Notes: generated by a model not told the origin, from the sequence alone. 64,000 nt of DNA from Amoebidium appalachense (GCA_963693365.1 CAVNZM010000006.1:5435264-5499263); one strand, 5' to 3'; shown: positions 41,304-56,258, counted from the stretch's first letter. Numbers and translations are program-made.

Positions 41304-44300
41304 CCCCTCCCCTTCCCCCCGGAGTCCCCATCACCACCACCACCACCACCACCGCGCGAGGGGGGGGGGGGGTTCAGCATCAAAACGGCCCGGATAACGG
41401 GTTTTTTAAGTCCCAGTAGGTGTGCCAGTTGATCCCCCCTCCCCCCCCCCCCCCCCCCCCCCCCCCCTTTTTTATTTTATTTTATCCCGTTTTGTTCCCG
41501 GAGGTACCCCTAGAGGCCCTCAGGGGGAACTACTGTCTTCCACCCAGCACCGACAGTACTCTAGCTAGGGTGCTACGATGCTAGTAGCTAAACTAACACA
41601 CCTATAACAGTCCTAACTATATGTACACACTTTGCCCAGGATATCAACCCCCCCCCCCCCCCCCCCCTCTCCCCCCTCCCCCCCTTCCCCCCCCCCCCCC
41701 ATCCCTGCCCCTCTCCCCATTCCCCACCCCCCACCCGCGGCTCGCCCCCGGCTCAGTGGCGCCGGCAACACCACCACCATGTATTGCGACGGCCCAAGGT
41801 TCTCCTGCCGTCTGGAAGTTTGCCAAAATCCTACATAAATTAACCGTTATGATACCCAGTGTTAATAATAAGTTCTGTCGTCGAAACTTATCACAGACAC
41901 CATCACCAAACTGAGCGGCTGCATATCCCCTAATTAAGGAATCAATGAATTAATGACCAGATTGAAGTCTCAATCACGTTGATGGTTGAGAGGACTTTTT
42001 AAAATATGGGACCATCAGTGTATTGTACTGCAATAAATAGTGGTCGAAATCTTGGCTCTATCGTGGTGATCACGTGGTGCGAACATTGGGTCAATTCCGA
42101 TGATAATGATTGGGGGCCTTTCTTTTCGGCGGCTTCCTATATATACGTACACCGTAATTAAGTTTTAAGACTTACTATCAAAGTAGACCCTGGGGCTAAG
42201 GGGCTGTGAAAGATGCTCCGATTATGAGATATGGAACAATAAAAACAACGGTGACGATATGTGCTGAACGATGAGCAGTGAGCTACTAGTAATTAAACTT
42301 CCATTTAACAGAAAGTCACCGATGCGCAATTGAAAATCGGTAGTGTTATCTAAAAGACCCTACGTACCAGAACGACTTTGGGCCCTGTATTCCAGTTTTC
42401 CTCATTGCTTGTAACATTGCTGAAATCCAATCCCGCAGACACCCGTCTCTGGCCACAGAGCGTAGCATTGGTTACCGCAGACCAAGTACTCATTGTCATG
42501 GTGCCTCATCCATGGAGTCTGAGTTTTTCTTCCTTTTAATTAGCCTATCTATCCATATTAGTAAGTTTAGTTCTTCCTCTTGCCCCAAACTCCTTCAAAC
42601 ATATCTCATTGCTTCATTGAGTCCACCAACTACATATTATAAAGCTACGCATATATCATGATGTATACGTATATACATTACTAGTAGGGATGCCAAAAAA
42701 GTTTAAATGCTTTCGGATGAGTAGTACTGTGTACTGTGCTGTGTTCAAAGTTTCGTGACTGACCAGTTACTAACACGAACTGCATGCAGGCAGGGGATTA
42801 AAATCGCAGGGACTCAGTAAGAGGTGATAGTACTAGTGAGAAGTGGCAAGGACCACTGATCAATAAATCCCAGTCAAGAGAAAAGTGACAAGCCTCGATA
42901 TGCCTTGAGGGAAAACGGCAATACACTACCATTTTGGCAGGGAAGAATTTTCGGTGTCACTTGTCAACGTATTCCGTCTGATCGTACCACGGCTGTCTTG
43001 CAATCAACATCTTTTGGAGGTGATATGTGTGTGAGTGGACATGTACATGCGTAGTTCCCATTGTACGAGCACAACATGTATCACACACAGTGACACGTTG
43101 AAATAGACGGAGCCATCGGCCACACGGCATGTATGTGCTCGCGATCGGAGCCCTACCACTGCAATTCTCTGTCGTCTGAGGCTCGTGAATGTGCAGGCTG
43201 TGTACGGCAATTGTGTATGCTATAATGTGTGACAAGGCCCCGATCAGTACATGTCCTACAGAAGATGTGTGTGCAGATAGCTTGTGCATATATATTCTTG
43301 ATCATGCTCACTTGTTGATTGGTGGTGGTGGTGTGAATTTTTATTTTTATTTTTATAATGACTTTATTGGTGTGCTCATGTGTTCGAAGGACACGAAAAA
43401 GAGATATCCCAGATAAATTCCCAGATATCTCGAGAGACGATTTTCGAGTCACTCAAATGAGAAGTAAGCTCACTGGAATACGGACCCCAAAGTATAAAAA
43501 TACAAAAAAACACTAAAGGCAGATAACGCACTACTGAAGACGATAAGTTGATATCTCGGCTGCCACAACAACAACAACAAAAAAAAACCTCAATAAAGGT
43601 GACCTAATATGAATTGAGTTGAAGTAAACACATATGTTAACAGCTAATTAGCATCGATGGCAGGGTACAAAATGAGAAGCTTGGGGTATGGCTAGATTGC
43701 TCCATCAAAGCCACGAAGATGCCTAGGCTACAAACTGCAAGGAAGCCATCTGTAACTACTCTAGAGACAGAGCCCTCCCAAAACTCTATCACTGGAGCAG
43801 CACATGAGGTTTTGGAAGAGCAATACAGAACATGTAAGACTGCAGAACTACCTTAGGGGCGCGGCGACAGGAGTAACCCTCCAAGGAGAATAGCAGCCAA
43901 ACAAGGTAGCCTAGCTGTAACGGGAGATGCAAAAGGAACCAACACTACCAAGCAAGCGGGTACACAAATCAAGGCTATAGAGCTAACTGCCACCACAAGA
44001 GCCCGTAACTGTAGCGGGCTGAGGAAGCTTCTCGACGTCCCAGTCACTCTGCCACAAACTACCCCGGACACGCGCCTCGGAGGAGACGTCAACCAGGCCG
44101 CACTGCATGGCACCCCAAGGAGAAAACGTAGAGTTGGAGAAAACTTGGTTGTGCCCCCCATCATGAAAAAAGGGTGCCGTCGCTAACCCAGAGGGCTGCC
44201 AACCCCCTTAACGAGAAGCCTCGCGGCCGTCAGAGAACCATCCGCACGCCCCGGCGGGTGAAGGACTCAAAGACAGTGTGAATCTTTCGAGTTTCAATTG

Positions 44301-44601
44301 CGAGATACACTCTACAGCTGTGCCTGACATGCATGCTGCAGTGCACATCCGTGCTACCAAAGGCCGTGCATGCGCACTATACTTGAAAACTGGTGTGCAC
44401 GTGATTCGAAGAAGTATATTCTGAGTGTACTGTACTACACCGCGGCCCATGGGACCTCGAGCTCGTTTCGCTTTTTTGCAAAACCGTTCCGAACCCCAAC
44501 ATCAGATTACATAATCATCTTTTGGATGTCTAAATATGGTTATTATCTTCAGGATTCGGAATGGGGGTTGATGCACTTTGTATTGCTGCGGACATCTGTC
44601 A

Positions 44602-44950
44602 GGGGCCCCAGATTCACTTGACGACCTACTGCGTTGAAATTTCCACCGCAGCCAATCAAATGCAGCTAGTGACTTATGTACACTGTATGCAATAAAACAA
44701 CCCTAGTATAGATTATGGATAAGGAGAAGCTAGCATTGTTAGCTCCGAGAGAAAGTTAAGACTCCGTATCATCACAACATCATACTGTGCAGCATTAATA
44801 AGGTGATCTAACACGCTCATTTTATAACGGATATACTGGGGGAGAGAAGTAGAAAAGAGAATAAAGCCGCATGTAACCTCCGATTCTACCACATTAGCTA
44901 ACAGGTCACACTCATTGATCCAATTCGCAGCCAACCAGCGCCATGGGCCC
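44602..44950. repeat. Dispersed ~350 bp repeat, copy 2 (MITE-like)
   Basis: Same orientation as copy 1; bounded by GGGGCCCCA and CCATGGGCCCC (imperfect inverted ends). Confidence 0.8.
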
Positions 44951-45859
44951 CGGGGAGCCGTGGCCTCTGTGATACCCAGTCGGTATTTTCACAATCATGT
45001 ACAAGTGCAACATTATGTGAAAGTCGTATCTGCATGTGCAATTAGTAAACTAGTTACATTATGCTTGTCCATGTACGGCTTTAATCTGTAAAAGTCTGTA
45101 GTCTGATTTATTATGCACCACCATGAATCATGAGCACCCGATCCTTTGGACTCACAAAACCCATGCATGTGTTTGCCGTGTACTGTACGTACACAGAACG
45201 TTTCTGTTTGAGTTCCATACAGTACAACACCACTTCAGGTGCTGTACCGTAGGACATACGCCACCATGGGAAACACGCCCCCTTGCCGTCTCTTTTGAAG
45301 TGATTTGGCCTTAGATGGTGATACTATATATCTATCCCAGTAGATCTTTCCGGGCCCGGGTAAAGCTATATAGGTACCGGCCGATTGGCACTGTGACGTG
45401 TGCAAATTTTCCCAGGTCCGACCCATCTATATACATCTTGATGCCAACCAATATTAGCACAGTATCTGTGTGTGGCCCAGGAATTCGAAGCCCAGTGTCA
45501 CACATCAACATGCATTGTCCTTTAGTTAGCTAAGTACGTGCGCACGTACAGTTACCATAAATATACTACCTATATAGTATCACAAGAGTACGTAGGTGCA
45601 ATCACACGGTGTATAGGCCTTCATAAAGTAAAGCACGAATCGGTATCTCACTGACAGGTGAATCATCAGAACTGAACCGTCAATTTCAAACTGGCTTATC
45701 TAAGACTTGCCAATTGCAACTCCAAGTACATACCGTCTGACTTTAGGCAACCATTGTCTAGGCCTGGTGCACTGCTCTGAGTCAGGTGCAATGATTTAAT
45801 TTACTGGCAGAAGGCTTACAGCCAGAGGGTAAAACAATGCAACGATGAAACGACGAAAT

Positions 45860-45904
<45 letters not shown>

Positions 45905-46118
45905 CCTCCCCCCATGCCTTCCCCCCGGCAGGGGAGGCAAATAGACCGGACATATCTATCGAAACCCCAGTGCCCCATGCCTGCATGGTCACCGACGCGT
46001 GGCGATGGAAACCCCGGGCCCACCCTCCCGGCACTTTCCTGGGCGGAGTGGAAACCACCTGCTTGGGGGGCTGGTGCCTACCCCCCCCCCCCCCCCCTCC
46101 CCCCCCCCCGGGGCCCCC

Positions 46119-46160
<42 letters not shown>

Positions 46161-46613
46161 CCCCCTGCTGGCTCCCCCAAGCTAAATGCGGCTGGAAATG
46201 AGTTGGCCTTCCCCCTCCCCCCCCCCCCCCCCCCCGACCCCCCCTTTCCTCTCCCCCTTTCCCTCCCTCCCTCCTCTCCCCTCCCCCCCCCCCCCCCCCC
46301 CCTTCCCCCTCGGGCTTTCCCCCCTCCCCCCACCCCTCTCCTCTCCCCCAGCCACCGGGGGTCTATTTTTTTAACCTGAAAAGTGAGTTGCACTGGTAAG
46401 AAATTGGTACTTGGGTGCTCTAAGACTTCGGTATTACGGATTGTTTGATTATTCTGGATTTCTGCATACCTTTGGCACGCCTATACCAAGTTCTTTCATG
46501 CCTTGGAAATCTGTCGTCACTAGCAAGGCTACCGTAGCGGCCACACATCGTAACTGACATTTTGTCGATTGCAGCTCCATAAAAGCATGAATCCCGCCCC
46601 CCTCCCTCCCTCC

Positions 46614-46651
<38 letters not shown>

Positions 46652-47409
46652 ATACAGTTAAGACTAAGATTGTATGTGTGTGTGTGTCGGAGAGGGGGGG
46701 GGGGGGGGAGGCTGAGAAACAGCAAGCCGACCTTTTGTGGTTGCCTAAACCATGCCAGAACTCAAAAATCCCCGTGACACCATGCGTTACTCAGGGCGCT
46801 TCAAGTTTTATTAAAAACCCCTTCCCCCTTTTACACAAAATTCTTGTTTGGATGAGCCTCCCCCGCTACCAATTGTAAATGACGATATCTTTCAGTGCAA
46901 AACTTTCTGATCCAAATAATCCCGTGCACCCCCTCTCCCCCCCCCCCCCCCCCCCCCCCCCCTCCCCCCACCCCCTCTTCCACTCCCCCGCCCCCTCCCC
47001 CCATCCCTCCCTTCTTCCTCCCCTCCCACCCCCTCCCCTCCCTCTCCCCCTCCCCCCCCCCCCCCACACACACACAGACATGCACACACACACTGACACG
47101 CACACGAGCACGCACACACGCCGCAACACAGTGACGCGGCCCCCTGGCCAACTCGGCTACCAGTCCATCCGTGTCATGGGTTGTGGGGGCATTATTGACT
47201 GACGATTCGGAGGAATAATAACCGTTGAGTATGGTGGCCAAGCTTGCCCAGTAAAAATTTATGGCATAGCCTGGTGTTGGCTGTTAGTGACGGTTTGCGA
47301 TTCAATCGGTAACCTGAGCTTCCCGAGCCGTATTTCTCCAACTTATGAAGGAGGGCCTGTTCAAGTTGACCCCTCCCCCATCCCATCCCCTCGGCCTCCC
47401 CCCCCCCCC

Positions 47410-47440
<31 letters not shown>

Positions 47441-48811
47441 AAAAAAAAAAAGAAAAAAGAAAAAATAACCGCATGTACACATGCACACACGCACTCGCAC
47501 ACACACACACACACACGAGCCCACGCACGCAAGCGTGCATATGCGCACACACAGGCGCTCATGCACACACGCACGCACGCACACACGCTCGCAGGTACAC
47601 ACGTACGTAGCACGCATGCACACACGGACGCACACACACACAGACATACGGTGTATCCACGCACGCACACAGTGTCGACGTCACCCACACATCGTGAGCG
47701 AGAGCACGCATGCGCAGACACACACACGCACGCACGCACGCACACACACACACACCATCGGATCCGGAGCCTACGCACTCCACATGCTACCATGCGTATA
47801 ATAATTCCCGATTAAAATTATCCCAAGTTAGGTGACTCAGTATTATTAGAGATTGATGCCGTGGTCAAATTGGCCAATGATACACAATAAAACCGTGATC
47901 TAATATGTTGCCCATATTTACTCTAAAGAATGTGCCAGAGTTGTAAAGAGGACTGACCCCCCCCCCCCCCCCCCCCCCGCCCTTCCCCCTCCCCCTACCC
48001 CCCCCCCCCCCCCCCCCCCCCTTGCCCTCTTTTTTTTTGCTTCAATAGTATCCTCTCCCTCCCTCCCCCCCTCCCCCCCCTTTCCTCCCCAGATCCAGAT
48101 CCCCTCCCTTCTCCTGTCACTCCCCTCCGCTCCCCCACCTCTTCCCCTCTGCCCTCCTGTCACAGATAATCTTTGCGCCGAGCATCATTTACACAAAGCC
48201 GACTTACCAGGATCTGAAGACACTGCACATATTGCGCTAACATTGAGTGACATGAAACGTTTGTTTCCGAAGGTCATCCTAAACCATATCCAACATGGTT
48301 CGTCACTACAAGAATTCTCCGAAGCCAAATACCATCACTGATGCCCTCCCCTCCCCCTCCTCCTCCTCCCCCTCTCCCTCCCCCCCCCCCCCCCCCCTCC
48401 CCCCCGCACTTGCCAGATAGTTAAGATAATTTATGCACTGCCAATATTGATTCCGGGCACCACAAGCAGGCCAGATTGGGTTAATCCTTCCAAGCTTAAG
48501 TCACAATACCGTTAAAATCACAATCGTTTAAGGCCTTTGTAACGAAAACCAGGTGACATTTCGGTATTCCAGTCTGGACGCTATTTATGTAGATGTAGCC
48601 TATTCCATATTAAGTAGCCCTGGAAACAGGTGTCACTGAGATTTTGATCCAGTTTGTGCACACAAAAACGGGGGTAAATAAACAGGTACATAACTACGAT
48701 GTGGTGCATGGGCTCGTGAGGTTCTGTGTGCGCGCGTAAGGAGGGAGGCCTGTGGAGGCGGAAGGGAGGGAGGGGGGAGAGAGGAGGCCTGGGAGGCCCT
48801 GGAGAGGGGGG

Positions 48812-48850
<39 letters not shown>

Positions 48851-48936
48851 CTGGACGAGAGAAATATAATGCGTGCCACTGTGTGTGTGTGTGTGTGTGT
48901 GTGGTGGTGGTGGTGAGTGGTGGCGGTGGTGGTGGT

Positions 48937-48968
<32 letters not shown>

Positions 48969-50613
48969 CGAGTATGTACATGAATCGGGCCCAAAAGGTA
49001 TCAACTCCAATACTGCCAGCTACCCACCCAAACGCTTCAGTTACTTTTCTTCTAATCGATATGACTTTATTAATTATTAAGACAATTGCAGTCCGAGATA
49101 TTAAGTGACAAAGCTTGCTTGAATGCAAGTTAGTGCTACAACAGCCTGACGACATTGAGTACAACCAAGAGTTTTAAATCTCAAAGCACAATGGCTAATA
49201 AAAAGTTTAACATAAATCATAAATTCTAAAACCAATAATAAGAAATGAAAGAAAAGAGAACACACCCTGCCGCCAGATTGGTACACTTGAGGAAACCCAA
49301 CAAGTGGAATTCTGAGCCTTTAAACAACACGATTACAACTCTGAGCCCTTTGTATCTTATAATGATCTCACCTAAGTGGTCAAACAACAATACATCATTA
49401 TATTAATAATAGTGATATGGCGTATAATATACTGAAACGACGTAAAGTAAAAATTGTGCGTGCGCGTGTGCGCGCGCGCGTGTGTGTATGTGTGTGTTTG
49501 TGGTGGTGGTGGTGGGGTAGGGGTGGGTGGGTGTGGGGACTCAGAGAGAGAGGGGGGGGGGGGATAAATAAGAGGCAGGGGAAATGTAGGCAAAGTTTAC
49601 TAAGGAACCACTTTGATAAAATACACATACGGAAATAACAGTAATATAACTTGGTATTAGACTACAAGGCAGAAACCCTCGACCGGCAAGCGCGGGGTTG
49701 GCGGTGGGTGCGCTGGGGGGGGGGGGGGGGGGGGGGGGGGGAGTCTCGGAGGGGGGACAGGTCGGACGGTGTGCTGTCTGTGTGCGTTTTGTGTGCGTAA
49801 ATTTTTGTGTCACAGTGCGAAGGTCACCCGTAACCAACAATTCTGCTCGTGTGTAGCCGAGGCTCAAAAAAGTATATGGAGTGGGTACCCTTATAGGGAT
49901 GGGATTCGGAGAAGGGTGGTGGGTAAGGGAGTGCAAGGAAGAGGTGATAAATAGGGACGGGGGAGGAAAAAAAGTAAAAAGCAAAAAAGAAAAGAGATGA
50001 AAGAACTTGAAAAGAAAGAAGGAAAGTCGGAAAAAAGAGCAACAGATTGCAAAGAAGAGTCAACAAACTGGCAAATTATTCAAAAGCCAAAAAAGGAAAA
50101 CAAAATGAAAGAAAACAAACAAACAAAGAAAGAAAAGTGCACATGAGTAAGGGAGTGCAAGAAAGAATTAAGAATTGGTATTTTCTTTAGAAGCCCCCCC
50201 CCCCCCCTCTCTCTCCCTCCCCCCCCCCCCAAAAAAAAAAGAAGAAGAAGAAGAAAGAAAAAGAAAGAAAGAAACAAAGAGAAAACGATAGAAAGAAAGG
50301 GGGGAAAAGGGGGAGGGGGGGGGGGGAGGGGGAAGAGTTGAAAAGAAAAAGGAAATAAATTGAGAACGCGGACAAGGCCGAAACCAATGAATTTCCGAGT
50401 CTTTCTTTTCTTTCATTTCTTTTTTTTTTTTTTAAGGCCCATGTACCTCCCTGGGGCCTGCATGAAATGGGCTTTTGGGTGGCAATGAAGAAAGCCCAAG
50501 AGTTCGCACTCATCTTGCCGTCAAGACAAAGGTTATGCCGGCCACATCACACCTCACACCTCACATACACCCCCCTCACACACTGTGACCGTCCGGGGGG
50601 GGGGGGGGGGGGG

Positions 50614-50968
<355 letters not shown>

Positions 50969-51001
50969 GAGGGGGGGGGGGGGGGGGGTCGGAGGTCCAA
51001 C

Positions 51002-51057
51002 CTGATGAAAGCTGTGTGCATATTTTGCCGTCGCCCGTGTAGCCAGACTTGCAGGTG
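51002..51057 (-). pseudogene. 3' half of an EGF exon
   Basis: TCKSGYTGDGKICTQLSS-G|GTTGGA (phase 1 donor); the 5' half is replaced by unrelated sequence. Confidence 0.6.
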
Positions 51058-51060
51058 TTC

Positions 51061-51370
51061 GCAGAAACAAGAACAGCAACCAAGCCGAAACCTACGGTTG
51101 ATACAGGAATGGCAGAACTTGCCGATTTTAGGAAGCAGCTAAATGAGCTGTTACCACTCAAGAACACAATTGAATGAAAAACGCCAAACAAAATGAACAA
51201 CTCAAACTCACTATTGCTACACTCACAGCCAAGCTAAACAGGAGTGGGTCACAAAAACCCAAAACTCAAGAGCAACCATCTCGTAATGGGGACGTTACCA
51301 CCCCAACCCAAATCAACACAGGAAGCACTCGGCAGAGTTCCTTGAATATGAGATACGAACTCTCTTAAAA
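51061..51370 (+). mobile_element. Decayed coiled-coil ORF fragment, possibly a TE ORF1/gag remnant
   Basis: MAELADFRKQLNELLPLKNTIE* then KNAKQNEQLKLTIATLTAKLNRS. A-rich, abuts the truncated EGF exon, no diagnostic motif. Confidence 0.3.
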
Positions 51371-52143
51371 CACCTGAGTTGCGCCACATTGCCAATGAAA
51401 CGTATGCCAGCATTCTTGCAGGAAACGATTACCGCCGCAACCAAGGTTTATCTACAGGAGATATCTACTACCTTGGCCGCTACTCCGTCGTGTACCACCG
51501 GGGCGAGCAGTACTAGTATAAGCCGCGGGACTGCGGCAACAAAAAAAAAAAAAAAAAAAAGGAGGGGGTTTGTCCCCGCTGGCTTACGCTGTGTATGTGT
51601 GTGCACGTGAAAGGTAGCCCTACGTAAGTGACCGAGCACTATGGAGCACTACTACGGGGCGGGACTGCAGCAACAAAAAAAAAAAGAAAAGAAAAAGGCC
51701 GCAGGGAGACGTCGACCGTCAGTGAGTGCATGGCCCTCTGAAAAAAAGACGGCCGTGGTGAGTGTCACTCAAAGTACGTGGCTACAGGAACACCCAAACA
51801 AACAGACAAACAGTAATTTATGCAAAGCGGCATGTAATTGATACCGTTGATTTGATTGGTTTATTGTCATTTGTCGCTATCACCTGCTGCGTTATGATGA
51901 CGTCACGCTCCAGACTACCTCAGTGAGGAGAAAGACGAAAAACGAAAACAGAGAAGTTCTTCTCACTGTTTCAAGGTTATTGAGGGTACATCGCACGTCT
52001 TATTATCTTTTGGTGTATTTTCCTTTCCTTTCCATAGACACGTGCCTTTCTTTTCTCCATTCCTCGGTATCGAGGGGTGGGGGATTTCTCCCATTTTTCG
52101 TGTGTTTCAATTTATTTTTTTTCACTCTTTCTTTTTCTCCAAC

Positions 52144-53310
52144 ATGTCTGTTTCCAGCTGTCGTGTCCCTGTGGACAGGGATAGGCGGTGTCACGTCAAC
52201 CGCATAGATGATGCTGCCCTTTCTATAATTTTCTCATACCTTTACGTCTTTGGATACCGCAAGGCATGTTCCCTCGTCTGCAGGCGGTGGTGTGTTGTTG
52301 TCCACTCCACACCTTTCTACAAGGACATCCCAGCCAAGGCACACAAGAATGGACGTACCACTGGTCAAGTGGGGGCACGCACTCACTTCCATCACCCTCC
52401 CGTACAATGCTCTAAAGCAATCGATGTGGATCGAAACAAATACATGAAGACGATCTTCGCAAGTGCCCCCATGCTTACCCATATACAGATTTACACTGCG
52501 ACGAACGACATGCTTCACACAATTGCCGACAGCGCACACATGGTTAAAGAGCTCATTCTCGGCTACAACATACCAAAACGCCCAGCATCCGCCATTGAAC
52601 TTTCAGCTGGGCGGGGCATAGACATCGGCACATGTGCGCGCATCGATGACCTTCGGAGCCTTAAAGTGACGGCGTTCTCCTTTCCTCCACTTTACGGGTG
52701 GGAGGATCTTGCCCAACTCCAGAAACTCAAAGCACTTGACATAGACGCAAGAGTAGATAAGATGGAATACGCGACACCACTGCCGACTCACGGTGCTCGC
52801 AATTAACGCACATCCAATTAGGCAGGCTGGGTGAATATTACGAGCCATGGGCAGGGATACCATCAAGTAGCCACCTGAGCCGCATCTACCTCGATCCCAT
52901 CTTCATGTTGCCCGAGCTCAAATCCATCTCTATTCTGCGCCTTGAGTTGACCTGTATCGATCCAGTAAGCGAATGCGCACAACTCTTGAACTTTCACGTT
53001 GGCCAAGCAAGCACGCTCGCAAGTGTAAGACCCCTCTCCTATTGTGCCACACTGGAGAAACTCAGCCTTTTCAGACTTCCGAACGTGAAGAATTACAACT
53101 CAACTTACCGAGTGTCGCAACCTGCGCCATGTGTCGCTTGGGTACGAGTCCTGCACTAGAGGTGTTGGTTGGCTTTGCGAACTTCCCCAGCTGACTACCG
53201 CAACATTCAGTAGCCGTGGCTGGCGTGCAGAGGAAGAGGAATTGTATAGGCTCCGGAGTCATGTGCGCCAAAATGGTGGACGAGTGAACGTGAACGTGTC
53301 CGAGAAATAA
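52144..53310 (+). pseudogene. Intronless F-box plus leucine-rich-repeat gene with two frameshifts
   Basis: F-box IDDAALSIIFSYL..CSLVCRRW. LRRs: LAQLQKLKALDI, RCSQLTHIQL, LPELKSISI, CATLEKLSL, ECRNLRHVSL. Frame changes near 52785 and 53100 are not in homopolymers. Final TAA at 53310. Confidence 0.75.
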
Positions 53311-53926
53311 AGGAAACGTGCAAGGTGGCCGGATGGCAGTGTAATAGTTGATTGTGTGTGTGTGGGGGGGTGATTACTGAGCGAAGAAATCCCACAGCGA
53401 AAAAAAAAAAAAAAAAAAATGCTATGCTTTGTGGGTCTCTGTATTGAAGAATTTTATACTGCTGATGCCTACGGTTTAATAGTAACATAATACCAGCTAG
53501 TGCTGGTGAATCACATACCGTTTTCTCCCACGTGGTAGTTCATATAAAAGACCAGCTTTTCTTAAGAGCGATGTTTTGTTACGAATGTGTGGCATGGATA
53601 GCTATGGTGAAGGTTTGGTGTTCGTGCTAAGGTGTGAGTCCACCATACCATAGCTACGTGCTTGAGTTTCTGGGAATGCACAACATTCATAATACCTGAG
53701 GCACCGAATACCAACTAGAACACTACCCATCTCATTTATTTCTGACCGTCTTATTGGCAAGTAAACCAGGCTGCAAAATTCTCTTCTGGGGTTTTTGCCT
53801 ACCACCTACTGAGGCGGTGTCTCCTTTCTTTTTTTTTTTTTTTTTGCCGCCTGAGTAGATGTTAAACGTCGCACGTGCGGCAACACGTCAGTACGTGTTA
53901 GGGTTTTTGCCGTGCAACTGGCAACT

Positions 53927-53977
<51 letters not shown>

Positions 53978-54088
53978 TCAAGGAAGCAGGGCCGCAACAG
54001 CGACAAATCTAAAACACTTTGACACCTGTGTGGGACCACCCTGCCCTCTCCAACTCCCTCCGAGTTCTAGCGCTCTTTGTTTTTCAGA

Positions 54089-54132
<44 letters not shown>

Positions 54133-54837
54133 GGGGGGAGGGGGGAGGGGGGGGGGGAAGGGATTTTATCAGATTTTTTTTGCTGTGTTTTCTCTCTCTC
54201 CCTCCCTCCCTCCTTTATTTACTCTTTAAACCAGATCTTGCTCTTGTGTGTGTCTGTGTCAGTGTGTGTGTGCGCGCGTGCGCGCGTGTGTGTGTGTGTT
54301 GGGGGGGGGGGGGGGGGGAGGGGCAAAAAGGACGCGGGAAAGAGAGGTGAGGTGTAAAAGGTGTGTGTGGGGGGGGGGGGGGGGGGGGGGAGGGGGGGGG
54401 GGGGGGGGGAGGAGAGCATGAAACTGCCTGGGTACATATGTACATGTGCAGTTGGTTTCGTGCTACCTGTCATCTTTCAAACCCGAAGGTACACACACGC
54501 ACGTGTACATTACAACCACCACGACACACATGCAAGGGCTACCAAATATATGCCACCGAAGACATTTTCCTCAACACCACATGCACTCATAAACATTATC
54601 CTTCCCACCCCCTTCCCCCCCCCCCCCCCCACACACACACCCACACACATACACACACCATATAAAAGCCACACACTGTCACTCACACCCATTTTCTTCG
54701 TTGCAAGGGACACCACCGCATCAGAACATTTCAAAGGAGCATCGGTGCCCGTATCACACTCAAAAAGGTACCCATCGACCCTCCCCCCCTCCCTAAGGCC
54801 CCTCCCTCCCCCCCCCCCCCCCTCTCCTCCTCCCCTC

Positions 54838-54912
<75 letters not shown>

Positions 54913-56218
54913 CACGCACACACCCTCCTCCTTCTGCGTGCTCCCTCCCTTCCTCTTACCATCCGGTTCACCCGAGTCCTCCCCTCAAGCTACCCCGGGC
55001 CCCCTCCTATCCTTCCTACCCCCTCTTGGGCACCATGCATCATGATGAGTAACAATATTGGCTTTGTCGAAGCTTTCCTCGCTTGCACATATTTCTTCTG
55101 GTGGCCCAGCGTATGTGTGATTTATTTTTGCGGGGTTTCTGTGTTATAATTTGCCTTGTCTTATTCAATTGCTTATTTTTATTTTGAACACTGTCAGGGG
55201 TTTTTTGTTCTTGTCCTTCTCGTTGGCAAATCATTAGTCTTTGTGATGGCTCGGTGTGCCACGGTGTACCCGAGCAGATTACTAACGTGGAACCCGAGTC
55301 TTCAAAACCGAGGTCTCAGTGTTCAAGCACACACACACACCCATACACGTACACACACGTGCGAACACGTACACACGTGCGAACACGTACACACACCCAC
55401 GTACACGTGTACACCACACACAAACACTCAAAAACATACAAGCACACACGTACATGTACACGTACACACCCGTACACACGTACGCACACACACACACACA
55501 CACACAAACACACGTACATGAGCGCGCACACACAAACGTACACTTATATACACATGTATATGGCATAGGCACGCACACACACACACACGTACAAATGCAC
55601 ACGCGCATACATACGTACACATGTACACACCCACACGTACGCGCATTTAAACATACACACGCTCACACGTACCCCTACACCCACATGCACACACCACCCA
55701 CGTAAACCAAACACACACGTACATACATGCAGCTACACACGCTCGTACATATACACACGTACACACGTCCACCCACACGTACACGCATACACACTCACGC
55801 ACAGTCACACGTACACACGTGCACATACACGTACACACGTACACATAACACACGTACATACACACGTACACACACACAATACACAGGCCAAAGCCTCAGC
55901 CAAGGCCGGTACGTGCTGGTGTGACCTTCGACTATGTCACAGTGATGTTTGTTCTCTGTGCCACCACCATTGTAGGCGTCGGTCTGGCCAGCAACAGCTT
56001 GGTAACACCCCCTCCCCCCCCCCTCCCCCCTCCCCCCCCTCCCCCCCCCCCCGCCCCTCCCCTCCCTCCTCCCCCCCACCCCCCTCTCCCCTCCCCCCTC
56101 CCCCCTCCCCCTCTCCCCCCCCCCCCCCTCTCCCCCCCCTCCCCCCTCCCCTGTGGGAAAGACAAACACGAACACACCACCCCTTCCATCATCATCCTCA
56201 CCATAACACAAGCTTTGC

Positions 56219-56258
<40 letters not shown>

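Noticed and set aside
42085-42115. IIIIGIDP resembling a RuvC-fold first catalytic strand (terminase, resolvase or TnpB/Fanzor)
   Set aside because: The frame is closed by stops within ~25 codons on each side and no second RuvC motif is visible.
45312-45429. TAGATGG...CCATCTA inverted ends around a CCGGGCCCGG palindrome
   Set aside because: Only a 7-bp inverted repeat, no TSD and no second copy in the window.
48214-48265. CTGAAGA...GAAACGTTT hammerhead-like string
   Set aside because: Stem II is not adjacent to GAAA and stem I cannot form.
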